A DNA stretch of 60,157 nucleotides, filler included, from Trichosphaerium sp. ATCC 40318 (GCA_038496445.1; 3 parts of 3 records of this genome joined end to end with filler, not necessarily neighbours in it); one strand, 5' to 3'; positions 23,668 through 36,273 are shown, counted from the whole stretch's first letter. Made by a program: numbers and translations. The notes: generated by a model not told the origin, from the letters alone.

Positions 23668-25275
23668 GTATCGAGAGTCTGCCAAGTCCTAAAGGCCATT
23701 AATATTGACGAGTAAAGCACGTAAATAAAAAAAAACTTTTGTTTGAGCAGCCCTTTATCTATGTGAATGCTAAGTGGGCTAAGACGGCTCCAAACTTGTT
23801 TAGAAAGCTAACTAAATAACTTTGGAGCCCTCGAATCCCACATCGTACACAAGCGTGTGCATTGTTAATGCTGCGAATCCACGCGTCACGAGATTTCTAA
23901 GGGGCCGTACATTCGATAAAATAAGCCTCACGCAACAAGAAAATTGCTTCACACTGCTAAGTGCACAAGCTGGCTCCAAACTCATTTAGAAGCTACGAAA
24001 ATAACTTTGAGCCCTCGAATACACATCGTCCCCTTCGCGCGCAATATTAAAGCAACGCGTGCCTTAGGAATCCGTACAGCACAATTTTAGTGGCAACGAG
24101 CGTCTAGCCCAGTTTTTTTCTTTCTTACGTGCCTTTAACTCTTGTACATTCGTTTTTAATACAAAGTCATCGTAACCGAGCACTTTTGGCAAGCCTTGAG
24201 CGATATCTGTTGTAGTAGTCATTTTCTATTAACGTTTTGAATTTGGCGCGCAAATAATTTAAAAGTCAACAAAGACGCCGAAACTAAATTATTACGAAAG
24301 TCAGTCTAAAATCACTAACTTTTCAACATACGGAGGTTTGGTGCCATTGATATCAAAGATGTCTACCATTGACTATCGAGTGTATGCCAAGTCCTAAAGC
24401 GCTATTAATATTGACGAGTAAAGCACGTAAATAAAAAAAAAAACTTTTGTCTGAGCAGCCATTTTATCTATGTGGATGCTAAGTGGCTAAGACGACTCCA
24501 CAGTCATTAGAGAATCTTAAACACTGTGAAGCCTTCGAATACCACATCGAACACTACGTGTGCATTGTTAATGCTGCGAATCCACGCGCACGTTATCTCC
24601 AAGCGTCCGTACATTCGATAAAGTAAGCCTCGCTCAACAGAAAACTTGCTTCGCGCTGCTAAGTACACAAAATTGCTTCAAACTTATTTAGAAGCTACGA
24701 AAATAACTTTGAAGCCCTCAGGTGCACATCGTCCCCGCCGTGCGCATTATTAAAGCAGCACGTGTATTAGGAATCCGTACAGCACAATTTTAGAGTGGCG
24801 ACGAGCACTTGGCCCATTTTTTTATACGTACCTCAGTTTACTTGTTGATCAAGCGAATACTTTTCCTTTTCTGGGTAACAAGTTAATACGTTACCAGTTA
24901 CGCGCACAGCCTTACCTTATACCTCCAGGCGGTGTGTATGATAAATATAACCCGTTCAGTCAAAAAGAAGGCGATAATAGCCCAAACTGCAAACAAACTC
25001 GCAAGGCATAATCTCTAGAGAACATACGTCGCCATAAGGCCTAAAGCGCCATTAACATTGGCGAATAAAGCACGTAATAAAAAATCGTTCGTTTGAGCTT
25101 TTATTTCTGCTGCGGATAGGATGGCTTTGAAGCTGTTCGAGAAACATTCGCAAACAACTTCAAAGCCCTCGAAGGCAACAACGTTCACGACGTGCGCATT
25201 ATAACGCCCTCGCGTAGTTTGGGTTTGTACAGCACAAATTATCTATTTCGCGCGTTGTTTTTTAAACGTACCTTT
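23668..25275. repeat. Three diverged tandem copies (~700-bp period) of a composite repeat
   Basis: GCCAAGTCCTAAAG..TTAATATTGACGAGTAAAGCACGTAAATAAAA at ~23680 and ~24386, degenerate at ~25031; internal subrepeat GAAGCTACGAAAATAACTTTGAGCCCTCGAA. Confidence 0.8.
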
Positions 25276-25584
25276 AATGCGTGTATTTGTAAACTTCATT
25301 GATCAAACGGTAGCAAGCGTAAACGCACATCTTTTCTTTTGAATTGCTTTTCTGGCGGGTAAAAAGTCAATAACCGTAAACATTATGGTCGGTCGTCCTG
25401 TCCTAGGCAACCAGGTTAACAGACGTACAAAACAAGATGTCTTGATTGTATTATCAGTTCTTTTGAAACACATTGTACACATGATGATAGAAACGAAACG
25501 GTGGTTGTACAAAGTTTGGGTTTAATAAATTACATTTTAGTTTTTCTTTACATTTTTTTTTCTCGTTTCTGTTACTTGTTGGAA

Positions 25585-26199
25585 CTAAAGTCTTTCCATG
25601 ATGGCATATTTGAAGTCACATAACTCAATATGTCTCTTACATCTAATAAAGGGATGCTTTAATAGCTCATCTAGCGTTGGAGGGTGTTCTTTATCGATGC
25701 ATCTTTCTACAAAGTCCAAAAGATCACAATCGGTTTTTGGGTTCATTTCTAACTCTTCAAATCTCGTTCGAACTGTTAAGTCCTCGAAAATTTTATCGAA
25801 TATATTAGTTCCTCTCGGTCCGTCTGAAACAATGTCGCATCCAACAACAAGCTGCATAGTTATACTACCAATATCGAAGAAGTCATCTGATTTCCTTCCC
25901 GTTAAATCTGTTGCCAGAGTATCCAAAGAAATATCAAAGTAGGAGGAGATAAAAATATTTTCTGCCTTTAGATTTAGGCCGGCAAAATCCTGTTTATGAA
26001 GTTCACCAAGTTTTTTAAGACATCCTCCAATAATGGTAGAATTTGTCGCTGTATCTAAGCAACCAAGTTTTTCCACGCCGTATTGTCCATCAATAGCAGT
26101 TTCGGTAGGTTCTTCTTGTCGTGGTCGAGTTTCTTTGTTTCTGAGCTTGTTAATCATCTTTCTTCCAAAGTTCGTTACGGATTTGATAATAGAAGGCAT
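25585..26199 (-). CDS. Intronless pseudokinase-like protein (kinase C-lobe only)
   Basis: LHKQDFAGLNLKAENI (degenerate HRDLKxxN), DFFDIG, LLDFVERCI..PTLDELLKHPFI; no Gly-loop, VAIK or DFG. Confidence 0.55.
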   Translation of the reverse strand: MPSIIKSVTNFGRKMINKLRNKETRPRQEEPTETAIDGQYGVEKLGCLDTATNSTIIGGCLKKLGELHKQDFAGLNLKAENIFISSYFDISLDTLATDLTGRKSDDFFDIGSITMQLVVGCDIVSDGPRGTNIFDKIFEDLTVRTRFEELEMNPKTDCDLLDFVERCIDKEHPPTLDELLKHPFIRCKRHIELCDFKYAIMERL

Positions 26200-27742
26200 A
26201 GTAGGTATATTGGATATGATGAGGAGTTGCTTCGTCCTTGTAGAAATGAGATTATGACCAAAATGTCCTAAAATTCAAACTGTACTATTGCAGTTTTTTG
26301 TAGAGACGAGAAAATAGTATCTATCGCTTTTTCTCGTTCCTTATGCGCGTATGGGTACATGTAGGATGAATAATACAACTTGTCATAAAAATATAACAGA
26401 AATAGCGCATACTATGAATAAACCCAATAAACATCGACCAGCGTGCGTATTTGGACCATTAAACATGTTTCTAGCAAGTTTAAAATTATTAACGAAAAAG
26501 TCAGTCCGAAAATGAGTATCCTCTGCGTCTTGGCTTGCATGACCGATCATCCATCTACACAACCCAAGAGATGACTTGCAGTTTATTTTGCAGCAATGAC
26601 GGTTCTCTATTCACAGCGCCAAGGCTCTATACGCTAACGAAATGTTACCTACAGTCTGTTAAACAAAGAAACTCTTTACTATGAAATGAAAACTCTGTAA
26701 CAACGTTACGAACCCGGTAAGTCGAATCTACTAATACAAATCGCCTAATTGAGCTCAACACGCCAAGATAAATCGCTAAAATGAGTAAAAAAGATGCGAA
26801 GCGACAAAATTGAGTACTGGACTATCTTGGTTTCTACGTACATTCTTTTTACCGACAAGAGGCGCGGTTGTAATACCTGTTCTAAGCACAATCCTTTCAA
26901 GCGCTATTACTCCATTTTATATGTCAATTTGTATGGCGATCAATTGAATATTGTTATTTCGTTCCAGTGAACACTCGTAATGAACCAGCGGCGTATACAA
27001 TTGCTTTTGAGTCGTCTGTGTTTGTAAAATTGGAACGCTGTTAAAACAGGTCCTAAATTGGTGCTATTTGCTTTGGTTCGCGTCGTACTCCTGCAGTAAT
27101 GTCTATGATGAGGTGTAGGACAAATGAACTTATTTAAAGTAGGAACGCTCTGAACATTGTTAATGAGCCATGTTGAACATAACTGAGTTGTTTTAGTACC
27201 GTTTTAGGGGTATGGAGCGATTTGATGTTTTCGTTCGGTGCTAGTTGGATACTGGTTTGATCGATTCGTGTCCTGTTGCGTTTTTACATTCTCCTGGGGT
27301 ATTTTAAACCAATACCTGATTATCCTCAAATTAGATAATGCGCAAAGCATACCACTGTACGTGGTAGTAAGTTGTAACGTACATGGTTACCAAGAAACTA
27401 GTTGATGCCGTTTGTTGTTAAAAACAGCTGGTATTCTATTTTTGGTTGCTACAAAGGCCATAACTGCGTGCGATAGCTGTTTGGCGTGTTTTGATCAACA
27501 ATGACCTAAATTTAAGATGGCTTAACATTTTGATCAAAACACGTAGGCTACACAAACGTGATCCTAGAAGTGTTACAAGCAACCTTGACGTGTTAATACG
27601 ATAATACTGCTATCCATAAATAAATTATACAGCACTCATTGTGAAGAACTCTACATTTGTCAGTCTGGTAAACACTTGATTTACTTGTTCTAGCTGTCTT
27701 TTTATTTCGTAATTTTTTCTTTTCGTTTTGAAATTTGTCTAT

Positions 27743-30008
27743 TTATGTCTGACCTTCTACTGCGCCAACATACCCGGCTTTTTTATGATTTATAATCCAT
27801 AATACTATCCCAACTATAATTATGAATGCAATTGCACTCAAAGAAACACCAAGGATTAGAGCAAGGTTCGTTTCTTGTTTTTCTTGTGTACATTTTGATC
27901 CAGAAAGAACAGCGAATAACGCATTGTTACGTTGCTCCCATCTTACACCAATATTAACGCAATCATCTCCATCCGTTGTAATCACTGTATTATTGAATGG
28001 GTCTATATTTTGGTCTGAGCACGTGTGTCGTATGACATCAAGAGTCACCTGAAACGAACAAGGTTTTAATTTTTTTTTTCTTTTTGAATTTAGCAAAAAA
28101 CTAACCTCCGATCCATTTAGTATCCTGTCTAGTTCGCTTGAATCCAAGGTTATATTGAGAGTACCTTTGGAAATATCCGCGCAACCTTGTACTATAACTG
28201 TGGCTTCTGTGGATAAAACTACAACACTCTCTGTAGTCAAAGACACGTCTCCTAGGTAAAAAATTACACGGTTTTTTTACAGATTTTTTGTGATGCTCAC
28301 CAACGATTGTAGTCTCAGTCAGAACGATAATAACGCCTGTATCTAATATAGGTACAATCCACGATCCATTCTCGCATCTTGCTGATTTTGCTGGTGGCGG
28401 ACATTGACAAGATGCATTACATTGATTTATCAGCCAAAGAGGAGTAAGAACTGTAACATTTTGGTAATTATCAGTAATATACACCCGGAAATTTTCCAAA
28501 TCTTGAGTGATACTTTGTGGGTGATACATATCGATTATTTGTGATGGTAAAGCTATAATGTAGTGTTAACATTTTTTGTTTGTGCATAAATAATCCGGGC
28601 ACGTGCTCACATTGGTGAGTTATAGGCGGTTCAAAAATAGCGACTTGATTGCCAAATGTTATTGAAATTATCAAGTTGCCGAGCAAATCAACTGCTGCTC
28701 CAAGAGGGGTATTGAATGTCATTGCAATACTTGTATCGTTTAACTCGAATAAGTATGTCCCTATCAGACTTGGTTTAGTTGAGACAAGACTTTATGATGT
28801 TGAATGTGGTGAATACCTGTGGACTCTTCGAAAACAAAAATATTGTGTCTTCTTGAAAGAAGATAAACTCTTCCGTTTTCTTCATCTAGTGCAATACCCT
28901 GTTTCGCATTTCATTAATAAGATTCCCTCTTACTATTACATTCGTCTTTACTAGTACCTGTGGATCTTCATTGGAAGAAAAGTCTTGAAGATAAGCTACT
29001 TCCAATCGAGGTGCTTTTTTTTCTTGTTAGCATATTTTTTTCTACGAATGTGATGCGGTATAACTTACTTCCTTCTATGTTTATCTTTAATCCTTGGGAT
29101 GCTTCAGAGTTTGCAACGTATATATGTGTAAATGCTTTGTTGAAAACAGTTTGTCGAGTTGCTACTAGATGGTAAGTGCGTTGCCAACACCTGATAATTT
29201 TTTGAAAAGAAAAACTTGCACCATCTAATGTAGCTCCATCTATGTCAGGTCCAAATGAACGTAATAGATTCAAGTTGTAGTCAACTACATACTAAAAGTA
29301 ATAAGCAACGGCTGTATGAGCTCAGGCGCGGTTAAGAGTTACCATAGTTGCGGAGTGAGAACAAAAAAGAAAGAATTAACAAACTCAAAATATTTTTTTT
29401 GATAATTGCATAAAAGACCACGTTCTTTTCAGCTATTTTGTAAGCTGATAAAGAATCCGCAGTGTACATTTCCCGCTGTTTTTTTATGTCCGATTTTATA
29501 AAATCTACCTCGTCGTAACACGTGGTATTTTTCGCAAAACTTTTCTCTTGTGAAAACGCACAAAAATACTTTTCTCTGCGTCAACAAAATATATGTGCTT
29601 CCGTTTACGATCTACAGCACAACCTTGAGGGTTTACTAGATTTTCACCAAGATACTCTGTTTGTTCTTGTACTAGCGTCCCTATTTGTAAAGAAACAAAC
29701 CAATTAGTTTTTTTGCTTATCAATAAATAAATAAACTATGATATTAATAACAGTCTTGTTGACGACATTCGTACAATTTTTAGTGTATAGTGATATCCTT
29801 TTTTCACGTGTTACCGCTAGTAAACCATTACCAAGATAATCTACTTCTTGTGGCCCTTCGTCAAGAACAGCTGTTTGTGTGACGTCGTATACTACAGGTA
29901 CCTCTATTAATTACATGGGAAGGGAAATAAAAAAGTATTACTTTTTGCAAAGGAAGGTGCGCAATAGAGCATAGAGAGTATTATACACGCTTCTAACGCC
30001 AATGGCAT
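27743..30008 (-). CDS. Type I membrane protein with an NHL/beta-propeller-like ectodomain, multi-exon
   Basis: Signal-like start MPLALEACIILSMLYC; NPQGCAVD and TPLGAAVD repeats; C-terminal TM LALILGVSLSAIAFIIIVGIVLWI. Confidence 0.6.
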
Positions 30009-30634
30009 CCAATAAAACCTCATTACAGCCTTTAACACTGAGGGCGCTTTGAATTCTATCTTTTGGATTGGTCAGCTTTTTTCACGTTGTAACAAATCGA
30101 AGAAAAGCACGTGTTGTGTATTGCAAAACACTTAATAAGTAGTTATATATTTGTGAGATAGCTGTATCTCTAGTAAACTTAACGTGACCTTGCTATGATC
30201 ACGTGCTGATAAAAATGGAGGTTGCATTTCAGCAGATCCGATTATTATAAAAAGCAATGATTTCTATGTTTCCTTTCTCAACTTATTTGTAACCAACGGA
30301 TCAACGCACACAACACCTTTTTCATCTATTAATTTTGGTGTACAAATGGCTAATTGCATGGGTGCTACAGCCTCCTTACACCTTCGGCAGAGTTAAAATT
30401 ATTGAGCCAAGGAAGCAAATGAAATTGTTCATCTTGCAAGGGTTCAGATTCTGAGATACAAAGGAGTAACGAGAAACAAAAAGGACAATAATACGTTGTC
30501 TGAACATTTGTTCATTGCAAACAGTAGTAACAATAGTGTTGTTTGGGCATAGTGTAGTCCTTTTATATTTTTTAGTAAACCGAATAAACATCTTTACTTA
30601 CTGAAACACGTTGCACCTTTTCTTATATTATATT

Positions 30635-30690
30635 TGGCGACACGAGCAGGATTTGAACCTGCGCGGGCAGAGCCCAATAGATTTCCAATC
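30635..30690 (-). pseudogene. 3' half of tRNA-Ser ending in CCA, anticodon GGA
   Basis: Minus strand reads GATTGGAAATCTATTGGGCTCTGCCCGCGCAGGTTCAAATCCTGCTCGTGTCGCCA: eukaryote-type Ser variable arm, T-arm, G73, CCA; 5' half absent. Confidence 0.85.
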
Positions 30691-30834
30691 AAAGTTTGGT
30701 ATTCAAGGTGCCCTGTACAAAGAAAGAAATAAAACCATATTTCAATCTTGTGGTCTAAATGAATTAAATGATCAATCTATATTCTTTGTACTCACAACTA
30801 CACCAAGCACCTCAGCCCTAAACATCAAAATATT

Positions 30835-31164
30835 ATGGCTGCTACTCCTGAATGTCGGATCAACTCAATTACTGAACTTGAAATTGCTATTATTGAACAC
30901 GCGTTAAGTACAAAAGGCCACTATGGATGGGTGCTATTTGGTCCTATCTTGCTAGTAAAACACGTATCTCACTTGATACGTATAGTACTACACGATCACA
31001 TTCTTATACAAGCGAGCTTCCCAGAACACAAAATACCTTTCGCTCTACTGAATAAAGTGTTCGTTATGATCACAACACAAGGTCCATTTCCAAAAGGACA
31101 GTACTTTCCTGTAAGTTCAAGAAACAATTACCAAGAGTATTTACGAAGACATGGAGTAAACTAA
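30835..31164 (+). CDS. Orphan 'GPFP' family member 1 (109 aa, intronless)
   Basis: Shares GWxLFG, LHD and MITTQGPFPKGQYFP with neighbouring paralogues. Confidence 0.75.
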   Translation: MAATPECRINSITELEIAIIEHALSTKGHYGWVLFGPILLVKHVSHLIRIVLHDHILIQASFPEHKIPFALLNKVFVMITTQGPFPKGQYFPVSSRNNYQEYLRRHGVN

Positions 31165-31804
31165 ATTTCTGTAACGATTACGAATCAATCAATAAATGTT
31201 TCATAGTTGATGTTGGTTTCTCTCGGAAGGTAACCGACACCTCAAAAGAGTAAAACAAACGGTTTCCACACTGATTGTGTAGCATGGCGCGACATTTCAT
31301 TGCAATACGCACCCCACGTTTGGTTGTGAACAAAATCTGTCATTAGGCTAGCTTGTTAATTAAAGGAACCTCGTCTACTTAAAAACAAGTACTTACCACT
31401 GTCCACGTGGGACTATTCGGTAGCCACGCAACTACAGTGTTTCTATACATTATATGAAGGGGTATCAAACAGCTAGAAAGAAACGGCATTCCGTGTAAAT
31501 CGTACAGGTTTTTTTGTACGTGATCGCTTATGCTGTACATTTGGCAGTTACTCTCATGAAGTAGTAACTTGCAAAAAATGTGATTGATTAGAACGCAAGC
31601 TGGAACCTCTCTTTTGATATCTTATACCCAGAGGCTGTTAGCGTCTTTTGAAACCTTGTTTTGTTCGCACACTAAACAAGGAGGGTAGTCTAGTCGGTTC
31701 ATTGTTGAAGAAACATGGTTGATTCAATTTAAAGTGGCGATACAAATAAACAATCGTTAATTTCAAGAGTACAAACAATAGCGAGTTGATGTTAAGAGTT
31801 ATAT

Positions 31805-32167
31805 TTATTTACATTTATGATATTTTGGTAGATTGATATTGAGAAGAGATTCCAAATACTGTGCATATTCTTTTCTTGCACTTTTTGGCAAGTACTTTGG
31901 TTTTGGAAAAGGTCCATGTGTCATGATCACTGTCAACGCATTGTTTATTGCTGATAGAGTAATGTCGAAAATGTAGTTGTCTTGTTCTTGTGTGAGGCGA
32001 TCATGTAGTGCGTAATATAGCAATTCAGCAATGTGTTCTGATGTGTCTGATCCCAACATTTTCCATCCCATGTGAGAATTGTCATTATCTTGAACTCGCT
32101 TTGTAACATCGATTACAACTTGTTTGAGTGAAGTTATCTTGTCGTATCTGTATGTTGTAGAAAACAT
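31805..32167 (-). CDS. Orphan 'GPFP' family member A (120 aa, intronless)
   Basis: Differs from 35393-35755 by 2 aa. Confidence 0.8.
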   Translation of the reverse strand: MFSTTYRYDKITSLKQVVIDVTKRVQDNDNSHMGWKMLGSDTSEHIAELLYYALHDRLTQEQDNYIFDITLSAINNALTVIMTHGPFPKPKYLPKSARKEYAQYLESLLNINLPKYHKCK

Positions 32168-32898
32168 GTTGGTTGATTATGTTTGTTTGTTTGTGTTGAG
32201 GATGAGGTGTGTTGTAGTTGTGACTATTAAAAATATGATGAAAACGAATGATTGATTTTTGTTCAATAAAAATCATAAAACTACAGATTGATTTCCACAC
32301 AGATTGATATTGATAGGTTGTCATTCAATCACCCTTTGTTGTATTTCAGGTGATACTGGAGCTTGAACAATTGGGTTGCTAACATTTGATTGAGTCAGCG
32401 GAAATACCAAGATTGATCGCAAACTTTGTTGACGTAGTTTCCGTATTGGATGTCCAACATACTGTGGTAGCGTAGGTGAATACAGTACCCGCGAATATAT
32501 TGTTGGATGTGTTCGAATGAAGTTAGAGATGTCTCAGAAGGTTTTTTGAGCGTAAGAGAAGGTGAGCTAGTGTTTATAAGGTGGTTTGTAGTGTATACGA
32601 TAAACAACGGTGCATAATTTCTGTTGCGAGTTTGGGCCACTTCTTACTCCTCAAAAAAGTACAGAATAGCTATTGAGCGAGTGTACAAACCCGTGCAAAC
32701 TTTTTCAATCTGCGTTTTCTTAATCAAGATATACAAGAATGGAATGGTACTATCTGTAAGCGTCAAGGTCTTCAACGTGACTTTAAACCCACTTTGTTCC
32801 AAAAAAAAGCAAAAAATAGAATGGAATGTTTGTCGAGAAACTAGTTTCCCTTGAGTGATAATTAACAGAAAGCAATGTTGATGTTAATTTAGTTTTAT

Positions 32899-33261
32899 TT
32901 ATTTGTATTTACGATATTTTGGTAACTTGACATTAAGAAGAGATTCCAAATACTTGACGTATTCTTTTCTTGCACTTTTTGGCAAGTACTTTGGTTTTGG
33001 AAAAGGTCCATGTGTCATGATCATTGCCAACACATTGTGTATTGCTGATCTCGGCATGTTAATAACATGTTTGTTTACATGTTGTATGAGGCGATCATGT
33101 AGAGCAAAATATAGTAGCTCAGCTATGTGCTCTGATGTATTCGATCCAAATAGACCCCATCCAATATGAGGATTGTCGTTATCGTTTACTCGTTGAGTGA
33201 TATCTCGCACAACTTGGTCGAAAGAAGTAAGGTTATTGTATTTGTATGACATTGAAAGCAT
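32899..33261 (-). CDS. Orphan 'GPFP' family member B (120 aa, intronless)
   Basis: Close paralogue of 34232-34594. Confidence 0.8.
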   Translation of the reverse strand: MLSMSYKYNNLTSFDQVVRDITQRVNDNDNPHIGWGLFGSNTSEHIAELLYFALHDRLIQHVNKHVINMPRSAIHNVLAMIMTHGPFPKPKYLPKSARKEYVKYLESLLNVKLPKYRKYK

Positions 33262-34231
33262 GTTGATTATGTTGTTTGTTTGTGTTGAGGATGAGGTGTG
33301 TTGTAGTTGTGACTATGAAAAATATGATGAAAACGAATGATTGATTTTTGTTCAATAAAAATCATAAAACTACAGATTGATTTCCGTACAGATTGATATC
33401 ATGATAATCTGTTTCTCAATCACCCTTTGTTCTATACAAATTGATTATGAAATGGCTTGAATTGGTTCTTGTGGACGCTCAAGGACCTTTGATCTACAGG
33501 TTAGTGGATGGAGATGTTTATAAGTGGTAAGCTTGCGATATTAAATAAATAGTGACTCAACGTTGCAGAGTAGTTCAATGGAAACGATTTACGGCCTTTC
33601 TACTTTTTGGGATTCAAGCACTAAACAGCTGTGGTCAAGCTTACCTTACTTGTGCGTATGTAATTGAGGGAAGAACTGTCTATCCACGTAAAGATTTATG
33701 CGGTAACAAAAACCATTCGTGATGACTATTCATTGTGTGCGTTAATAAAGGCCAGGTACTCCGTAAACGCGTTTGTTGTAGCGTAGGTAAATAGATGTAA
33801 CTGTATCTTTATTGCTATGTTGTTGGGCCTATTCAAGTATTGTAGATGTTTGCTTGCGCGTAGAAAAGGTGATTTACAAAGTTTACGATAAACAACACTC
33901 CAGAATTTCTGTTGTGAGTTTCGGCCACTTCTTACGCCTCAAACAACACAGAATTGTAATTGAACGAGTGTCAGAGCCGTACAAAGCTTGTTTTCAATCT
34001 TTCGTATCATGGAATTGTCTGAAAAGGCACGAAGTAACTCTACAGCATCAAGTACCCATAGATTGAATATTTCTGATTCCGAAATATGTACAGAAATCAA
34101 TCTGTATGGAAATCAATCTGTATTTTATGATTTTTATTGAACAAAAATCAATCATTCGATTTCATCATATTTTTCATAGTCACAACTACAACACACCTCA
34201 TCCTCAACACAAACAAACAAACACAATCTAC

Positions 34232-34594
34232 ATGCTTTCAATGTCGTACAAATACAACAACCTTACTTCTTTCAGCCAAGTTGTGCGAGATATCACTCAA
34301 CGAGTACAAAACAGCGAAAATCCTCATATTGGATGGGGTCTATTTGGATCGAATACATCAGAGCACATAGCTGAGCTACTATATTTTGCTTTACATGATC
34401 GCCTCATACCACATAAAAACAAGCGTGTTATTGACATGCCGAGATCAGCAATACACAATGCGTTGACAGTGATCATGACACATGGACCTTTTCCAAAACC
34501 AAAGTACTTGCCAAAAAGTGCAAGAAAAGAATACGTCAAGTATCTGGAATCTCTTCTTAATGTCAAGTTACCAAAATATCGTAAATACAAATAA
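34232..34594 (+). CDS. Orphan 'GPFP' family member B' (120 aa)
   Basis: ATG at 34232 chosen by alignment with B. Confidence 0.8.
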   Translation: MLSMSYKYNNLTSFSQVVRDITQRVQNSENPHIGWGLFGSNTSEHIAELLYFALHDRLIPHKNKRVIDMPRSAIHNALTVIMTHGPFPKPKYLPKSARKEYVKYLESLLNVKLPKYRKYK

Positions 34595-35392
34595 ATAAAA
34601 CTAAATTAACATCAACATTGCTTTCTGTTAAATATCACTCACGGAGCAAGTATTTACTCGACCTAGCACTATTTCATTTCTACAACCTTTTTTCTTGTTT
34701 GTTGGAGTATTTTGTTTGGAACAAACGCTTTTAAAGTGCATTAGAGACCTTGGCGCTAAAGCTATTACACGTTCAATTCTGAGTGCAACGAGACAGAAAA
34801 TAGATTAAAATTAAACTTTTGTACGGGGTTTAACACTCGTTAAACGGCACTTTTGTATTGTTTGAGGCGTAAGAAGTGGCCGAAACTCGCAACAGAAATT
34901 GTGTATGCTTGTTTCTTGTGTACCCTACGAACGACCTTGTAAACGCAGTCTACCACCTTTTATACTCACAAAAAGCTCATAAACATCGTCAACTTTATGC
35001 GAGGAAGCCACAAGGCACTAAAGCTATGGTTTAACTCTGCTTTGACAAGCGCTTACCAACAGCTGGCGAATACTGTTTCCAGATTGACAATTTTTCTCAC
35101 GTTTAAGTAAGTAACTCGATAACTGGAAGTCATTGTTTCCGCTAGCCGCTCAATTGATCAATCTTTGTATTTCCTGATTGCCCTCAAATGTCAGCAACCC
35201 AATTGTTCAAGCTCCAGTATCCCCAGAAATACAACAAAGGGTGATTGAATGACAACCTATCAATATCAATCTGTATGGAAATCAATCTGTAGTTTTATGA
35301 TTTTTATTGAACAAAAATCAATCATTCGTTTTCATCATATTTTTAATAGTCACAACTACAACACACCTCATCCTCAACACAAACAAACCAAC

Positions 35393-35755
35393 ATGTTTTC
35401 TACAACATACAGATACGACAAGATAACTTCACTCAAACAAGTTGTAATCGATGTTACAAAGCGAGTTCAAGACAACGACAATTCTCACATGGGATGGAAA
35501 ATGTTGGGATCAGACACATCAGAACACATTGCTGAACTTTTATATTACGCACTACATGATCGCCTCACACAAGAAGAGGACAACTATATTTTTGACATTA
35601 CTCTATCAGCAATAAACAATGCGTTGACAGTGATCATGACACATGGACCTTTTCCAAAACCAAAGTACTTGCCAAAAAGTGCAAGAAAAGAATATGCACA
35701 GTATTTAGAATCTCTTCTTAATGTCAACCTTCCAAAATATCATAAATGTAAATAA
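35393..35755 (+). CDS. Orphan 'GPFP' family member A' (120 aa)
   Basis: ATG at 35393 chosen by alignment with A. Confidence 0.8.
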   Translation: MFSTTYRYDKITSLKQVVIDVTKRVQDNDNSHMGWKMLGSDTSEHIAELLYYALHDRLTQEEDNYIFDITLSAINNALTVIMTHGPFPKPKYLPKSARKEYAQYLESLLNVNLPKYHKCK

Positions 35756-36273
35756 ATATAACCTGTTACCATCAACTTTGTTATTGTAGTTTTATTCTTA
35801 TTTTCTCGCTTGCCGGTTGATAAACGGGAGCAAGTAACGATAAGAACACACGTGTTTATGTAATCTAAAAAGAATTATTTGTACAGGAGCAGGAGGCCAG
35901 GACATTGTTGTGTATAAGTAACCATTCCAATTTGTTGGTGCGTTTAGCGCTTCATTTGGGGCTCAGTATCTGGACCTAGCGAGTGGTTCCTATCTGAGAG
36001 GCATTGCCGTCGGCAGCCATTGAGTTTGGCTAGAGAGATTAGTTGGTGGTAAAGTATGGGCCGTTGGAATAACTATGCTGTTGGTATTTTAGGCGTATTT
36101 GGTGGCACTAGTGTTGTGGGGCAGCGGTGGAAATGTGAATCAAACTTGTTACGAAGGGTAGTTCCAATTTAGGACGTGATCATAAACGGCAATGTTAAAA
36201 GAGAAAAGAGTCATGAACACACGGTTTATCTAACTTATGAAAGACTACTTTTATTTACAACAGTTTAGCCGTC

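Larger units (their letters stand above)
31780..35780. repeat. Inverted duplication (A-B / B'-A'), ~1.6-kb arms
   Basis: Genes, leaders, 3' flanks and the spacer element TTTCTGTTGCGAGTTTxGGCCACTTCTTAC (~32618 and ~33906 direct, ~34868-34898 inverted) are mirrored. Confidence 0.85.

Noticed and set aside
30635-30690. Phage-style attR or a functional tRNA gene
   Set aside because: 5' half missing, no integrase or matching full tRNA in the window, eukaryotic context
34106-35392. N-terminal extensions of ORFs 34106 and 35249, and ORF 32085-32324
   Set aside because: They translate the shared leader; the paralogues place the starts at 34232 and 35393, and the frame is not kept in copy A
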